DNA of 64,000 nt, taken from the NCBI RefSeq assembly GCF_964204645.1, contig NC_134034.1, forward strand, positions 10,862,962-10,926,961. The letters are read 5' to 3'. The stretch comes from Tubulanus polymorphus (taxonomy: Eukaryota; Animalia; Nemertea). Of the stretch, positions 26,901-38,000 are shown piece by piece; within the stretch, counting starts at the first letter, position 1, and every line of letters starts with the position of its first letter. A program made the position numbers and the translations under genes. A model generated the notes under the pieces. That model made no database searches. It was not told the DNA's origin and saw nothing but the letters and a program-made list of their open reading frames with translations.

Positions 26901-29900
26901 CTGATAAATACCATGGTTACAATTGATTGCTAGTAGTCACTATGTCAACCAACTGGTTAACTTTAACCAACTTTTGACAAACTGGACCCAGGATTCAGTT
27001 CCGCAATGTTTAGTTGCAGTTAACTCTAGTTAAATGTGGCATTGCGGATCTTGAACTTGGGAAACGAGCCCTCGTAAATATCACAGGGGCTTTTTTGTAG
27101 AATACAAGATTTCAGAGGACAGCATTGGACAATAACACGGGTGACTTACTTTGAAAAGATTTGAAGGCACACTTCCAGAATTCGAGGGGTATTTGATGGA
27201 CCAAGGGCTTAGACTCAGAATTTGACCGTTTGGGCCTTGAGGGTTTTAGATGGATTCGAAGGGCCGTAGGAAACCTGTTTACTACTATCGTTTACGGAGG
27301 CACTTTGGGAAGACTTGGCAAGCGGAAATTTCCCGCTGCTTACAGGAATACGTCATCAGTTTTTACGGGGGTGAAGCTGACCGACCGTTGGAGAGAGCGA
27401 TGTTTTCATGTCAACAAAAAGTATAAACGCAGATTGTTCGGCGAAAAAGCAGACGGCATATTTCAACGCGTGAAATACCCACGGTCACAAATTCCCCGCT
27501 CTACGCTCGCTTTCATTGACAAGGAAACATTTATTACTCGGTTTGACGCAGCGAAGATGAGCAGGCTTTCACCGAATCCAGATAAAATAGGCTTCCATTT
27601 GACGGGCCTACCAAAAACGGAGGCGAGGAAGTCGCCTACGAACATTTTTGAAAATCGAATACACGGCCATTGGACACAGCTTCTGACACATTCATCGGAG
27701 CAATTTTCGTATCGATTTCTTTATGAATCATATAACGAAATTTTCAAGTCAGACGGGATAAGTGAACGACTGGGGCTCTACGCGAAATTTTACGGACATG
27801 AATTTTTCCCCCAAACCGACCTTGAGATGTTTGCGTCCTTCTTGATGCGTTTTCAAGGTCGATTCGCTGGTGCAGGCGACGTCGCAGATCTATAATAAAT
27901 AAACACACTCAACTTTCAGAACAGATTCCGACAACGTACGAGGCGCTTGATTATGCTAGTTTGAAATCGTTTATATTATTCTAACGGCCGATTGCTCGTG
28001 AGTTGGTTAGATCCTCGAATCGGATATTTGACAGTTGAAGTTAACCGGTCGACAAGGCCAGAAAGACCATTAAAACTTTAACCCTTTCAGTGCTGACTAA
28101 TTAATACCCTATAGTGCTGGAGATAATTTGTGTTGAATAACGGGAATATCACTATAGTGCGTCTACACCACGGCGCGGTGTATCGTTAGTTACTAGTTTT
28201 TCACTATGTTTGACAGGTGCTGCCATTTTTCAAGAGAGATAATTAATAATTCGCAAAATCCATCACTGATTTAAACACGGCACTGCAGCGTAGACGCACT
28301 GAAAGGGTTAATCATTAATACCCCATTATTTCAGAGGCACAGCAGCTCAAACATTGGGTACAGTTAACTAGCGGATATTTGACATAGTGACGATTATAAA
28401 GTTCATTGTTACTATGGTATTTATCCGCCGGTTATCTTTAGCCAACTTTTCAACTGCAGCCACAGCTGGTTTTCAAGAATTCAAAACCATTTTTAGGTTA
28501 TAACTTATGTTCATAGAACCGAACATTAGACCCAGTACCACAGTTCTCATTAAGAATTTGACTCGAGGGTTTCAAACATTGAAAACGAACTGATTTTGAC
28601 TCTTTTGAGTCAAAATGAACGGTGAACTGTGGAGCCGAGTCCTGATCGGTCAACTTCAACCAACTATTGATCAACCGGCCGTAAACAGTCTGCTATCACA
28701 TCGTCATAGTAACCGATGATATTGATTATTTACCTCGCATCTGAATTCGTCTGTTAACCCGGTATAAACCTCGAATACGCTTCGGTTCCGTTCGGCCGGA
28801 GTATTCCCGGGTGTCGTGTGCAGCGCTTGAGTCGACGGCAGGAAATTCGAATTCCAACCTCCCCTTTCTCCACCGCCTCCTTGACCTCCGTTCCAACCTC
28901 CCTGATTTCCATTCCAACCTCCTTGATTTCCATTCCAACCTCCTTGATTTCCATTCCAACCTCCTTGATTTCCATTCCAACCTCCTTGATTTCCATTCCA
29001 ACCTCCTTGATATCCATTCCAACCTCCTTGATTTCCATTCCATCCATTGCCTTGACCAGTACTGTTACCTCTGCCTCGACCTCCTCCGAACCCGGATCCA
29101 TCCCCGCCGTGACCTCGCCAACCTCCGCGACCTCCACCTTGTCCTTGACCTCTATTTGCGTTGGTCGCGGTTCGTTCGAAATTCGCCTCTTTTTTCGTGT
29201 TTGCAGAGAATGACATCGGTAACATACTGCGAATATCGGCGTTTATATCGGAGATATCTTCCTGTAGTTCGATCGCATCCGCATCTGCATCTGCTTTCTT
29301 TTCTGCAGCATCGGTATCCACAGCAGCTGCTGATACAGCTGCACCGTGCGACGACGTATCGATTGAAAATAAACTCGGAAGTGCCGACGATTTTGGCGCG
29401 ATGCCATCATTATTGTTTTTCTGACTGGTGGCGCCAACGGGTCCTAGACTGAAGCCACGGGCTCCTCCAGCTCCTCCACCGCGGGCTCCACCACCACGGG
29501 TTCCTACTCCGCGGGTTCCTCCTCCGCGGGCTCCTCTACCACGGGTGCCGCCGCCGCGACCTTTCGTCGCCGACTGGTCAGAATTCTTCACTTTTTCGCG
29601 CGCTTGTTTTTCTTGCGAGTCGGACGTGAACGCCATCGGAAACAGACTGCGGTCGATTCCTCCTCCGACGACCTCCGGCAAGTCATCTCCACCGGTTCCA
29701 GCTCCGGGATCAGCTGCAGCGGTTTCAGCTTCGGCTGCAGGACCTAGAAAAATAAATAAAACTCAAGTATAACAGATCCCTCAGTGCTGAAATGAAAAAG
29801 TCCAACCCATTCCACCTGATGTCGGTACTGTTAAGAAATCATCGTCAATCGCAGAAAAATGAGGGTTACATTTTACACTTCAGAGGGGATATTTCTAAGG

Positions 29901-30287
29901 GTGCAGCCATGGTTACAGAGTCCATAAATGGAAAGCAACAGCTGCAGTTACTGAAGTAAGGTTAGCGCATGCGCATTAGAGTAAAATTCTGATTTTAATT
30001 CTGATATTGGGATTCGTAGCCCAACGAAAAATATCTGGCAATACCTAACCCCTTTTCTTTCATGCATGCGCGCGCGTAAATATAGTGCAGGCTCCCCCGT
30101 AACCGGAGTATTTTTCACTATCTGAACGGGTGACGATCAGACTACTTTTTAGAATTTTCTGAGTTTCAAGTGGCAAAAACGACCTACCCTCTACCGCTAC
30201 TGGCTCATTTTTCTCTTCAGGCGGAGGCGCTATTTCTACTTGAGTCTTTATTGGTTTGAATGTGATTTTCGAGTTTGATTTGTACAT
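20980..30287 (-). CDS. Uncharacterised putative RNA-binding protein (737 aa): RGG boxes, GWNGNQG repeats, U1/matrin-type zinc finger, second atypical C2H2-like finger, Y/G/A/Q-rich tail
   Basis: 12 GT-AG exons with consistent phases: 30188-30287, 28734-29743, 27821-27889, 26245-26269, 24360-24443, 23804-23943, 23233-23446, 22979-23009, 22850-22880, 22661-22684, 22320-22424, 20980-21360 (2214 nt). Splicing reconstructs FRCE|ICDVACTSESTLKTHQEGRKHLK and PLI|GLDYITEYQ...YICSLCESKMDPRNLVNHLIGFKHRYQYM. The latter recalls Drosophila CG7065-like proteins (from memory, unverified). Confidence 0.8.
21470..22290. repeat. ~50-bp intronic minisatellite, ~16 copies
   Basis: Unit TTTTGAAAATGGCTCATAGAATTGAGTCTAAACGTCACTACTCTCTTAG. 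Confidence 0.92.
24037..24324. mobile_element. piggyBac-type MITE, copy 4
   Basis: Same internal sequence; slightly mutated ends. Confidence 0.8.
25550..26100. repeat. Degenerate array of AACCATGGTT-like palindromes
   Basis: More than ten variants of AACCA(T/C)GGTT at irregular spacing. Confidence 0.6.
26808..26990. mobile_element. Palindromic MITE (ends GGCCGGTTGCTGAAAAGTTGGTTA... / ...TAACCAACTTTTGACAAACTGGACC); relatives at ~18895-18996 and ~28335-28462
   Basis: Long imperfect terminal inverted repeats; three related copies in the window. Confidence 0.65.
28082..28307. mobile_element. piggyBac-type MITE, copy 5 (internally deleted)
   Basis: TTAA|CCCTTTCAGTGC...GCACTGAAAGGG|TTAA. Confidence 0.85.
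28849..29041 (-). repeat. Coding 21-bp repeat (GWNGNQG), ~8-9 copies
   Basis: TTCCATTCCAACCTCCTTGAT units. Confidence 0.9.
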
Positions 30288-30917
30288 AGTTATCGCGTAT
30301 TTAGTGAAATATATTGAGCTTTTCAAAGCGTCCTCTTCAAGAAAACTTCAATCCAATTCAATTATCATTTATTTCACGGTGAAATTCGGAATCCGATTAA
30401 ATGCAAAATTCATAAATCATATAAAAGACTTATTTTATTATTTTTAGATACTGACTCATTTCTCTCATTGTCACCGCGGTAAATTTATAAAGTAATATTT
30501 CGATCGATGAAGTCAAGGATTCGAACCCGCTATGATATTCAATCAAGTCAATGCTATAACAAAAATCTGACACCAAAATGACAAATGGCAAATGTTATAT
30601 TAATATAGCAAATTGAACAGTTTCAGCAAATTTCTCCGCATAAAAAAATACAGAAAAATTCATGACATGAAAAAAGCATTTTTGATTAAGGAATTGCATC
30701 AAAATTCGATTCAGAATGAAAAATATTCTTTTCGACAGTTCGAATTTTCGTTTTAATTTTCAACCTGGTGTCAATCAAGTTACAGCTTGTTTCAGTAAGT
30801 TGCCTAGGACACGATCAGTACTACTGACAGCACTCTGGTCACTATTATTCACTGTCCACTGACCGACACATTACAGACGACGACCTTTTCGCTCCTCCGA
30901 TAGAAAACAATATTAAG
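30288..30917. promoter_or_regulatory. Bidirectional promoter region between the RGG/ZnF gene and HSBP1, containing an isolated B-box (30517-30527)
   Basis: Divergent start codons 630 bp apart; GGATTCGAACC in between. Confidence 0.5.
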
Positions 30918-33582
30918 ATGGCAGATTTCGAATACGGTTTACAGCAACCAGCTGATCCTAAATCAGTTCAAGACTTAACTGCGCACGTAAGTTGTAAAGT
31001 CGAAACAATTCTAACCAATTCAAGCTTATATGATCAATGAAGAATTTATTTATTGTGAAATATTTCTCTAGTTAAGTTTGAGAAGAAATATCTATTTCCA
31101 ATTCATTTTACTGAGGCTATAGTCAAGTTTGATTCGTTACCAATGAAACAATCGTTCTTAAACTGTGAGTCTGTGTCTGCTTTAAAAGCACAAGTTTGAT
31201 TCGTTACCAATGAAACGATTGTTCTTAAACTGGGTCTGCTTTAAAAGCACAAGTTTGACTCGATAATCGTGTTGTACCTGTATTTTAACTATCTGATAGC
31301 TTGTTAGATTTGCTGAGGCTGAACAGTAGTTGACTCGTCCATTGATTATCTGTGTAGATACTGTGGTTTCTTGTCGTATGATTCGGAAAAACAATGCAAT
31401 AATTTTCACCAAGGAAAAAGTGCTGGGAAAAGTTTTGTGGTTTGGAAGTTATAGTCAGTAACCAGTCTGCGGAGGTTTAATTTGACGATTTTCACAAACC
31501 ACATATTATTATTGGTATAAGCCAATCCGATGAGAAAAGCTTTTACCACCAGCGATTAGGTACCTGGTAACACTAACTTAGAAGTTATTTGATAGAGAAT
31601 TTTATAAATGAAAATGTATTTCTGCCACTGCGGTAGGTGTCATCGCAATCACCAAATTTTCACATGGCAAAATCGAGTCTGGATCAGTTGAAAAGGTTGG
31701 CATTATGAGAGCAGAAAAAATGTTAGTTACTCGTGGTACAAATGGCCATAAACCTAACACACTCTTTTTGTAGTTAGTAGGTCTCGCGTTTGTAGTTAGA
31801 CGGTCTTGCGGCAGTAGGCTACTGAATTTGGTAGCATTAGTACTGAATAAATACATATACATTAGCGCGCATTCATACACTACCCACTACTGTGTGCGAG
31901 TTGTAGAAATAGTCAATATTCTAAAAGCATTAATAATGAGCTGTGTTTATTATCGAGCTATATATTTATATATTATTTATCGAGGTGTTCTGGTGTCTAT
32001 TGTCTATAGCATGTTTCACCTCTAGTTCAGCCTTAATGCAAGGTCCGCATAGTGCAAATATATGTACAGTCTTTTGAAGTGATTATCACCAGTTCGGTGA
32101 GAATTCTAATCAAAGTTTCTTTTGTCTTTTATGGTTTTTCATTGCTTAACTGATTCTCAGGAACAGACATATTTTCTTGTCTCCTGAAGATTGTCATTGT
32201 AACTGAAGGAAAAGTCACAGAATTTGCTTTCCTTTAGATAAGTCAGGGAATTTAATTTTAAAAAAAAAACGAGAAATCAGGGAAATACGTTGAGATTGCT
32301 ATAGATCGCGCATAAAATTTAACAGTTTCTGTCTATGTATTGTATTGGATTCTTAGCAAAACAATTCAGGGAAAACAATGTGCATTTCAGGGAATTGTCA
32401 GGGCAAAAGCAAGTCAATTCTTTCCATTAATTTTCTGTTAAGCCTTGATTTTTGAATCCCTATGAGTTAGTGAAGTGTTTTTCCTATATAATGGACTGCT
32501 GCTGCTATATTTTCGATATAAACTACATTGGTTTTTTTCCATCACTCAATCATTGAAAATGTCGATAAAATCTAGTTCTCACTGCTTCACCAATTACACA
32601 GTTGTGAATAGTTTTTATTGGCTTTGAATAGAATGTCCCTTTCATCGCTATTATAACTCAATGCACTAAAGCCTAGATACAACCTGATTTAACCCCTCAC
32701 TGATTCTAGTTAAATTGCCCTTAGAAACCGGTGTTTTTTATGCTGATTTGTTTAGGCGTAAATAGATTTCGCCAATTTCAAGTATAGGCGATATATATAG
32801 GATTTGGTTAATTAACATTTAAAGATCAATAGACCTAAAGTCTGTCTTGTTTGAGCAGATCTCTATTTCTGATCTCACTGACTGTCAATGATTGCTCTCA
32901 CTGATTGCTCTCACTGATTGCTCTCACTGATTGCTCTCAATGATTGCTCTCAATGATTGCTCTCACTGATTGCTCTCACTGATTGCTCTCACTGATTGCT
33001 CTCACTGATTGCTCTCAATGATTGCTCTCAATGATTGCTCTCAATGATTGCTCTCACTGATTGCTCTCACTGATTGCTCTCACTGATTGCTCTCTGTTAA
33101 ATATCGATGTATTTTTTATGTTTTTTAGGTTCAAACTTTGCTCGGAACGATGCAGGAAAAATTCCAAGGAATGTCGGAGAAAATTATCGGAAGAAATATC
33201 CTTTTATTTCGATATACTCACTGATCCTTTTGAGGGCCGTTTCAATTACTTACGTAATTTCCAAATTCCTGAGGTGGGTCAATTTGCAGGAGGGAACCAG
33301 GGTTATTTGAATTTTTTTTATTTTTCTTTATGTAATTAGGGAATTGTAGTCAAGGGTCAGGAAAACATCTAAGAACACATCAACCAGTGACAGGGGGTAA
33401 AATATTTGGCGCTTTGCTAATTTTCGCCACATAATTTTTCAACGTCTCCTGAAATTGTTTTTTCGATTGTTGTAAAATCCTTAACCGTTGTTTTACTCGA
33501 CGAAATGGGCCACAAAATCGACGATCTCGAGAAGAATATCGCGGATCTGATGACGCAAGCGAACGCCGACGAAGCCATCTAG
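30918..33582 (+). CDS. HSBP1: Heat shock factor-binding protein 1, 73 aa, three exons (30918-30986, 33129-33195, 33497-33582)
   Basis: Spliced product [73 protein letters not shown] matches the HSBP1 family (human [55 protein letters not shown]). Not in the ORF track because the exons are short. Confidence 0.96.
32888..33093. repeat. 13-bp minisatellite TGATTGCTCTCA(C/A), ~15 copies, in HSBP1 intron 1
   Basis: Direct inspection. Confidence 0.92.
33196..33496 (+). other. U12-type (minor spliceosome) AT-AC intron in HSBP1
   Basis: 5' site ATATCCTTT at 33196, branch point TCCTTAAC at 33478-33485, terminal AC at 33495-33496. Removal restores IIGR-I-DEMG in frame. Confidence 0.95.
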
Positions 33583-34318
33583 AAAAAAAAACCGTTGCGT
33601 TTACGAAACTTTTTAAAAACTGATTCATATTTGAAAAAAACTGAAACATGGAGAAATATTAGGGCATGATGATCGTGCTACAGCGTAGTCCAGAGATTGC
33701 CGCTACATCACAAAAAAACCCGTCTGCTACGTACCAGATAAACCATCTTCTGTCGGATATTGGAGAAAAATACCTACTTTTTTACGAGATCTGATTTTAA
33801 TGTCGATATATTTTCGTCAATGCGACTACGTGAAGCAATGGGGGCAGTGGGACAATACCCAACTATGGGTCCTCCACATTATTCTAAAGAAGAAGAAGAC
33901 AGATTTCCATCAAAACTCGTCGGAAAATTTTATATTTTTGAATTTGCAATAAAATGAAACAGCCCTTTGAATCGATTCTTCTTTGTTTTCTTGAAACAAA
34001 TATTCACATTTTCAGTAATGAAGTTTTTTTTATACCTCACTCTATCGTCTGCAGTAATATATAATTTGGAGTTTAATAGCTATGTATTTAAACGCACTTA
34101 AACCTTGTCAGTATATCTTCTATTAGTATTTGAATGTAAATGTTGTTGTGTCGATAGAATATTGAAATAAAAACTTATATGATACTACATTTTGATGCCT
34201 GTTTTAACTTTTTTGGATGACACATTTCTTATCCATTCATGACTTGTCACGGAAAGTACAGCAAATGATCCCAAATTTTCGAGTTTTGCTTATTGAAAAA
34301 GAGGAGTCTACCACGAAC

Positions 34319-34447
34319 TAGTCAGTAACCCGTCTGTGGTTTAGTTTCACGATCGGATATTTTCACAAACCACATAAGCCCACATAAGTTGGTATAAGCC
34401 CATCCGATTATAAAAAGCTTACCACCAACGATTAGGTAACTAACTAA
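34319..34447. repeat. Dispersed ~130-bp repeat (TAGTCAGTAACCCGTCTGTGG...AAAGCTTACCACCAACGATTAGG); relatives at ~31452-31580, ~56050-56106, ~52600-52650 (reverse), ~52810-52845, ~23617-23650
   Basis: Direct similarity among copies; class not determined. Confidence 0.6.
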
Positions 34448-34665
34448 CCACTACCAGGCCCAAAGCTGTGTGGCATATGCCCAGCTTGGAATCAACCACC
34501 CTTACAAACTGAAGGAAACCATTTATAGCCGCGTGCTGGACAAAGTCCGTCGTCATTCCTGACTGGTCAACACACATGCCTCAAGAAAGGTGGATCTTTT
34601 ATTCATAAAGTATTATCCTTTCGAATCGAGCATATAGCTGTTCATTTATTTTCGAGGATATCGCG

Positions 34666-34716
34666 GGACTCGAACCTACCGCACGGAAAAGCGAGGTTAT
34701 CCCTGAAATGACGTCA
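34666..34716. promoter_or_regulatory. Putative ZNF-A promoter: B-box (34666-34676) and CRE palindrome TGACGTCA (34709-34716)
   Basis: Motif matches about 100 bp upstream of a candidate first-exon donor at 34802; acceptor at 35036. Confidence 0.45.
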
Positions 34717-35066
34717 TTACCGCGCGAGGAAGTCAGGATTCCCGGATTGATGATAAGAAGTTATATTTAAGATGCGGATGATGAAAACCGCGCCTAGATA
34801 GGTAATAACTCTAACCGGGGACGATTAAACTGCTGTCTGAGTTGATTAACGGGTATATCTAAAAGGGAACTGTAATTTTGATCTTTGATCACGGAATAAA
34901 CTGCTTTAATTTAAGAGAAACAACTGTTAAAGTAGAGAGTCTTTAATGCTGCAATGCAATAGTCTGTGTGTAATCCGTACAGACTCTAGTTTCTTGATGC
35001 AGAAATGTAATGCTTGGAATGTCATTGTTCTTGCAGTGTTCTAGGCCCGAGGTAGAGACGGCCAAT

Positions 35067-38000
35067 ATGGCTGCCGAGGAAGAGAGCCAATCAGAACGCA
35101 TAATCCGCGAACTTCAAGAAGAAAACAAACGTCTGAAACATTTTCTGTCAACTTCGACGAATGCCGGGAAATTCCTACATCACCATAGCGACGGCAGCGG
35201 CGGTGATCCGTCCGCGGGGAAATGGCCACAGAATTCATACATCGACCCTACAATGATCGACGCTCATCAGTGGCACGTAGCAGCACCCCCTGGTGGTCAG
35301 ACCGAGCGACCAGTGTTATCGGCGGTCGCCCACTCGGATGGCGCGACCTACGTGGCGCAGGTCGCCGCGCCGGATTCAACCTGGCAGATAACGACCTCGA
35401 CCGAAGGCCAGGTGTCCGTCGGCGGCGGTAATTTTCCGTTAGTTTCCGCGATGGCGCAGGTTCCTCATTCCGACGGGCAGCTGGCGACGTACTACGCACA
35501 GGTGGCAGCACCGTATAAACAACCGATCGATTCTATGGTACAGGTGGCAGCACCTGATGGTCACTTATCTGGCTACCCGGTGATATCAGCCGTAGCGCAG
35601 GTCGCTGATTGGCCGGTTATTTCCTCTGTTCAACAGTTAAGTTCCACTGATGGAGAAAACGATTTGACTAAATCAAATTCAGGGTCGGGTAAGTTTGCAG
35701 TCCAGTCCAACAATCCCAAGTCCCCTACGACTCCATGATTCCTTTCCCAAAACGGAAAATGCTTTTTAAGGTGCTTCTTGAAACTCCTTTTACGCCCGAA
35801 ACCTTTTCAATTTTGAGAAGTTAGTTAATGCTATTGATATTTTTTGCAGAATCGAAGAAATCTAAAATCGCCATGACAACGATGGACTCGCAGCAGACGG
35901 CTGTATCGAATCCGTCTGCCATCGCTACGGAAACGTCGAGAAATGGTTACTTCGACGGAAAAATGCCAGTGAAAATCGACGCGATCAAAACGGAGAACGT
36001 CGTCGAAAATTGCGCGGATAAATTCGTTTGCGGAAAATGTGGACAGAATTTCGTGAATCAGTGGACTTATAATCGGCACATGACGTTCGCGCACGGCGAT
36101 GCCGGCGTTAAATCTAGCGTCGCTACGGTGACGGAGCAGACGGTTTATAAGTGCGATCAGTGCGTGCGAACGTTCGCGTACGAGTGGACGCTCAACCGAC
36201 ATAAAGAATTCTATCACGTTAGTACGAATAACGATTCGAAGGGGGCGCCGCCGTCCTCGTCTGTTGAGTCTTCGTCGAGCGATACGACGACGACGACGAA
36301 TTACGTCGCGAAAAAAGTGACGAAAGTAAAAACGGAAAAACTGGAAGAATTCGTTCAGCGTCGGTCGAAATCCGAAGCGTCGGAGAAAATCGTTCTGATC
36401 GCCGAGGAGGAAAATAACCCGATGCCTCGCGACGAAGAGGACGGTTACCATAACGACGATGAGAAGAGCGACGACGACGACGATGATGATTGTCAGTGGA
36501 TATCGGGTGAAGTCGAGGTGATGAGCGATTATTGGGACTCGGACGAGTCGGTCGTCGAAATCGAGATCAACGACGACCGGGATAAAAAACCGGTCACTGT
36601 CGTCGAGTTATCTGACGGTGACGGGGAAACGGTGGATTGGGACTCGGACTCGGAACCGGAGACGGTCGTCGTTAAGACAGAACGAGATGACGATCGCGCG
36701 GATGTGTTCCAGGCGTTGAATATAAAAGTCGAGAAAGATGCCGAACCGGTAGAAGCGGTTACCACAGCAACGGGGGACGCGAAAAAAGGTCGAATCCGAT
36801 GCGATTTGTGCGTGGGAAAGGACGAATACTTCACGTCGAAACGCTCGCTGGTCATTCATAAGAACCGCGCGCACACGAAATACCACAAAAACAAGAATAA
36901 AATGTACGAGTGCGACGTGTGCCGGCGCGAGTTCACTCGGATCGGTCACTTCGAACGACATCGGTTCTCCGTTCATAGTTTCTGCTCCGGAAAGAGGGGC
37001 ATGAAAATGACGAAGAACGACGCGGCATCGGCGGCGAGTTTGAAACGCGTAAAAATCGAGCCAGCAGACGACGAAGATGTCGGTGGAGCAGACGAAGATG
37101 TCGGTGGAGCGGACGGATTAAAAGAACCAGCAGACGGATTAAAAGAACCAGCGAAAGGATTAAATGAATCAGCGGACGGATTAAATGAACCAGCAGACGG
37201 ATTAAAAGAACCAGCAGACGGATTAAAAGAACAAGCAGACGGATTAAAAGAACCAGCAGACGGATTAAAAGAACCAGCAGACGGATTAAATGAACCTGCA
37301 GACAGATTAAATGAACCAGCAGACGGATTAAAACAACCAGCAGACGGATTACATCGATGCGACGTTTGTCAGCTTCGGTTCGCGCGGAAAGAAGCTTTGA
37401 ACGATCACATGAATTTTGTTCACGAAAAACAACGAAAACTAATGGACGAAACAACGACATCACAAAATCATCAGTGTAAAATTTGTCGTAAAACGTTCGA
37501 CGGACATTCCACACTGAAAGCTCATATTTCGAAAGTGCACGTCAACGGCGAACCGCAAAAGTGCGAAATATGTCAGAAGATTTTCAAACTGAAAGGAACG
37601 TTACGACTGCACATGACATCGCAGCACGGAGTACCATACACGAACCCGGATCCTCCGCCGACCGAGCCTGCTGTGTTGACTCCTCCGCGCGTTAAAACGG
37701 AGCCGCCCGAACCGGACTCTGAATCTTCCTCCGAGGCTTCGATGGCCGTCGATTCATCTGATGTCGAATTCAAGTGCGATTCGTGCGCGAAGGTTTTCCC
37801 GACTCATCGCGGTCTCGCCGTTCATCGATACCGCGCTCACGTGATGAAAGCCGAGGAAGACGACGGCGCGGAACAGGATGCAGACCGTGACCAGGACACG
37901 TTGTATCTAACCGGAAATACCGATCCGTCGTTTCGCACGCTAGAGGAACTGTTTCAATGTCCGTTCTGTCCGAAAAGCTTTCCGACGAAACGCGGACTCA

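Noticed and set aside
27230-27895. 221-aa plus-strand ORF
   Set aside because: Starts at TTG, shows no recognisable homology, and is antisense to an exon and intron of the RGG/ZnF gene.
29816-29910. Alternative start (MAAPLE) or second U12 intron in the RGG/ZnF gene
   Set aside because: ATATCCCC deviates from the U12 consensus and gives no consistent frame. The GT-AG model from ATG 30287 fits.
35090-35150. Resemblance of IIRELQEENKRLK to a kinesin-3 neck coil
   Set aside because: Generic coiled-coil composition; no motor-domain exons upstream.
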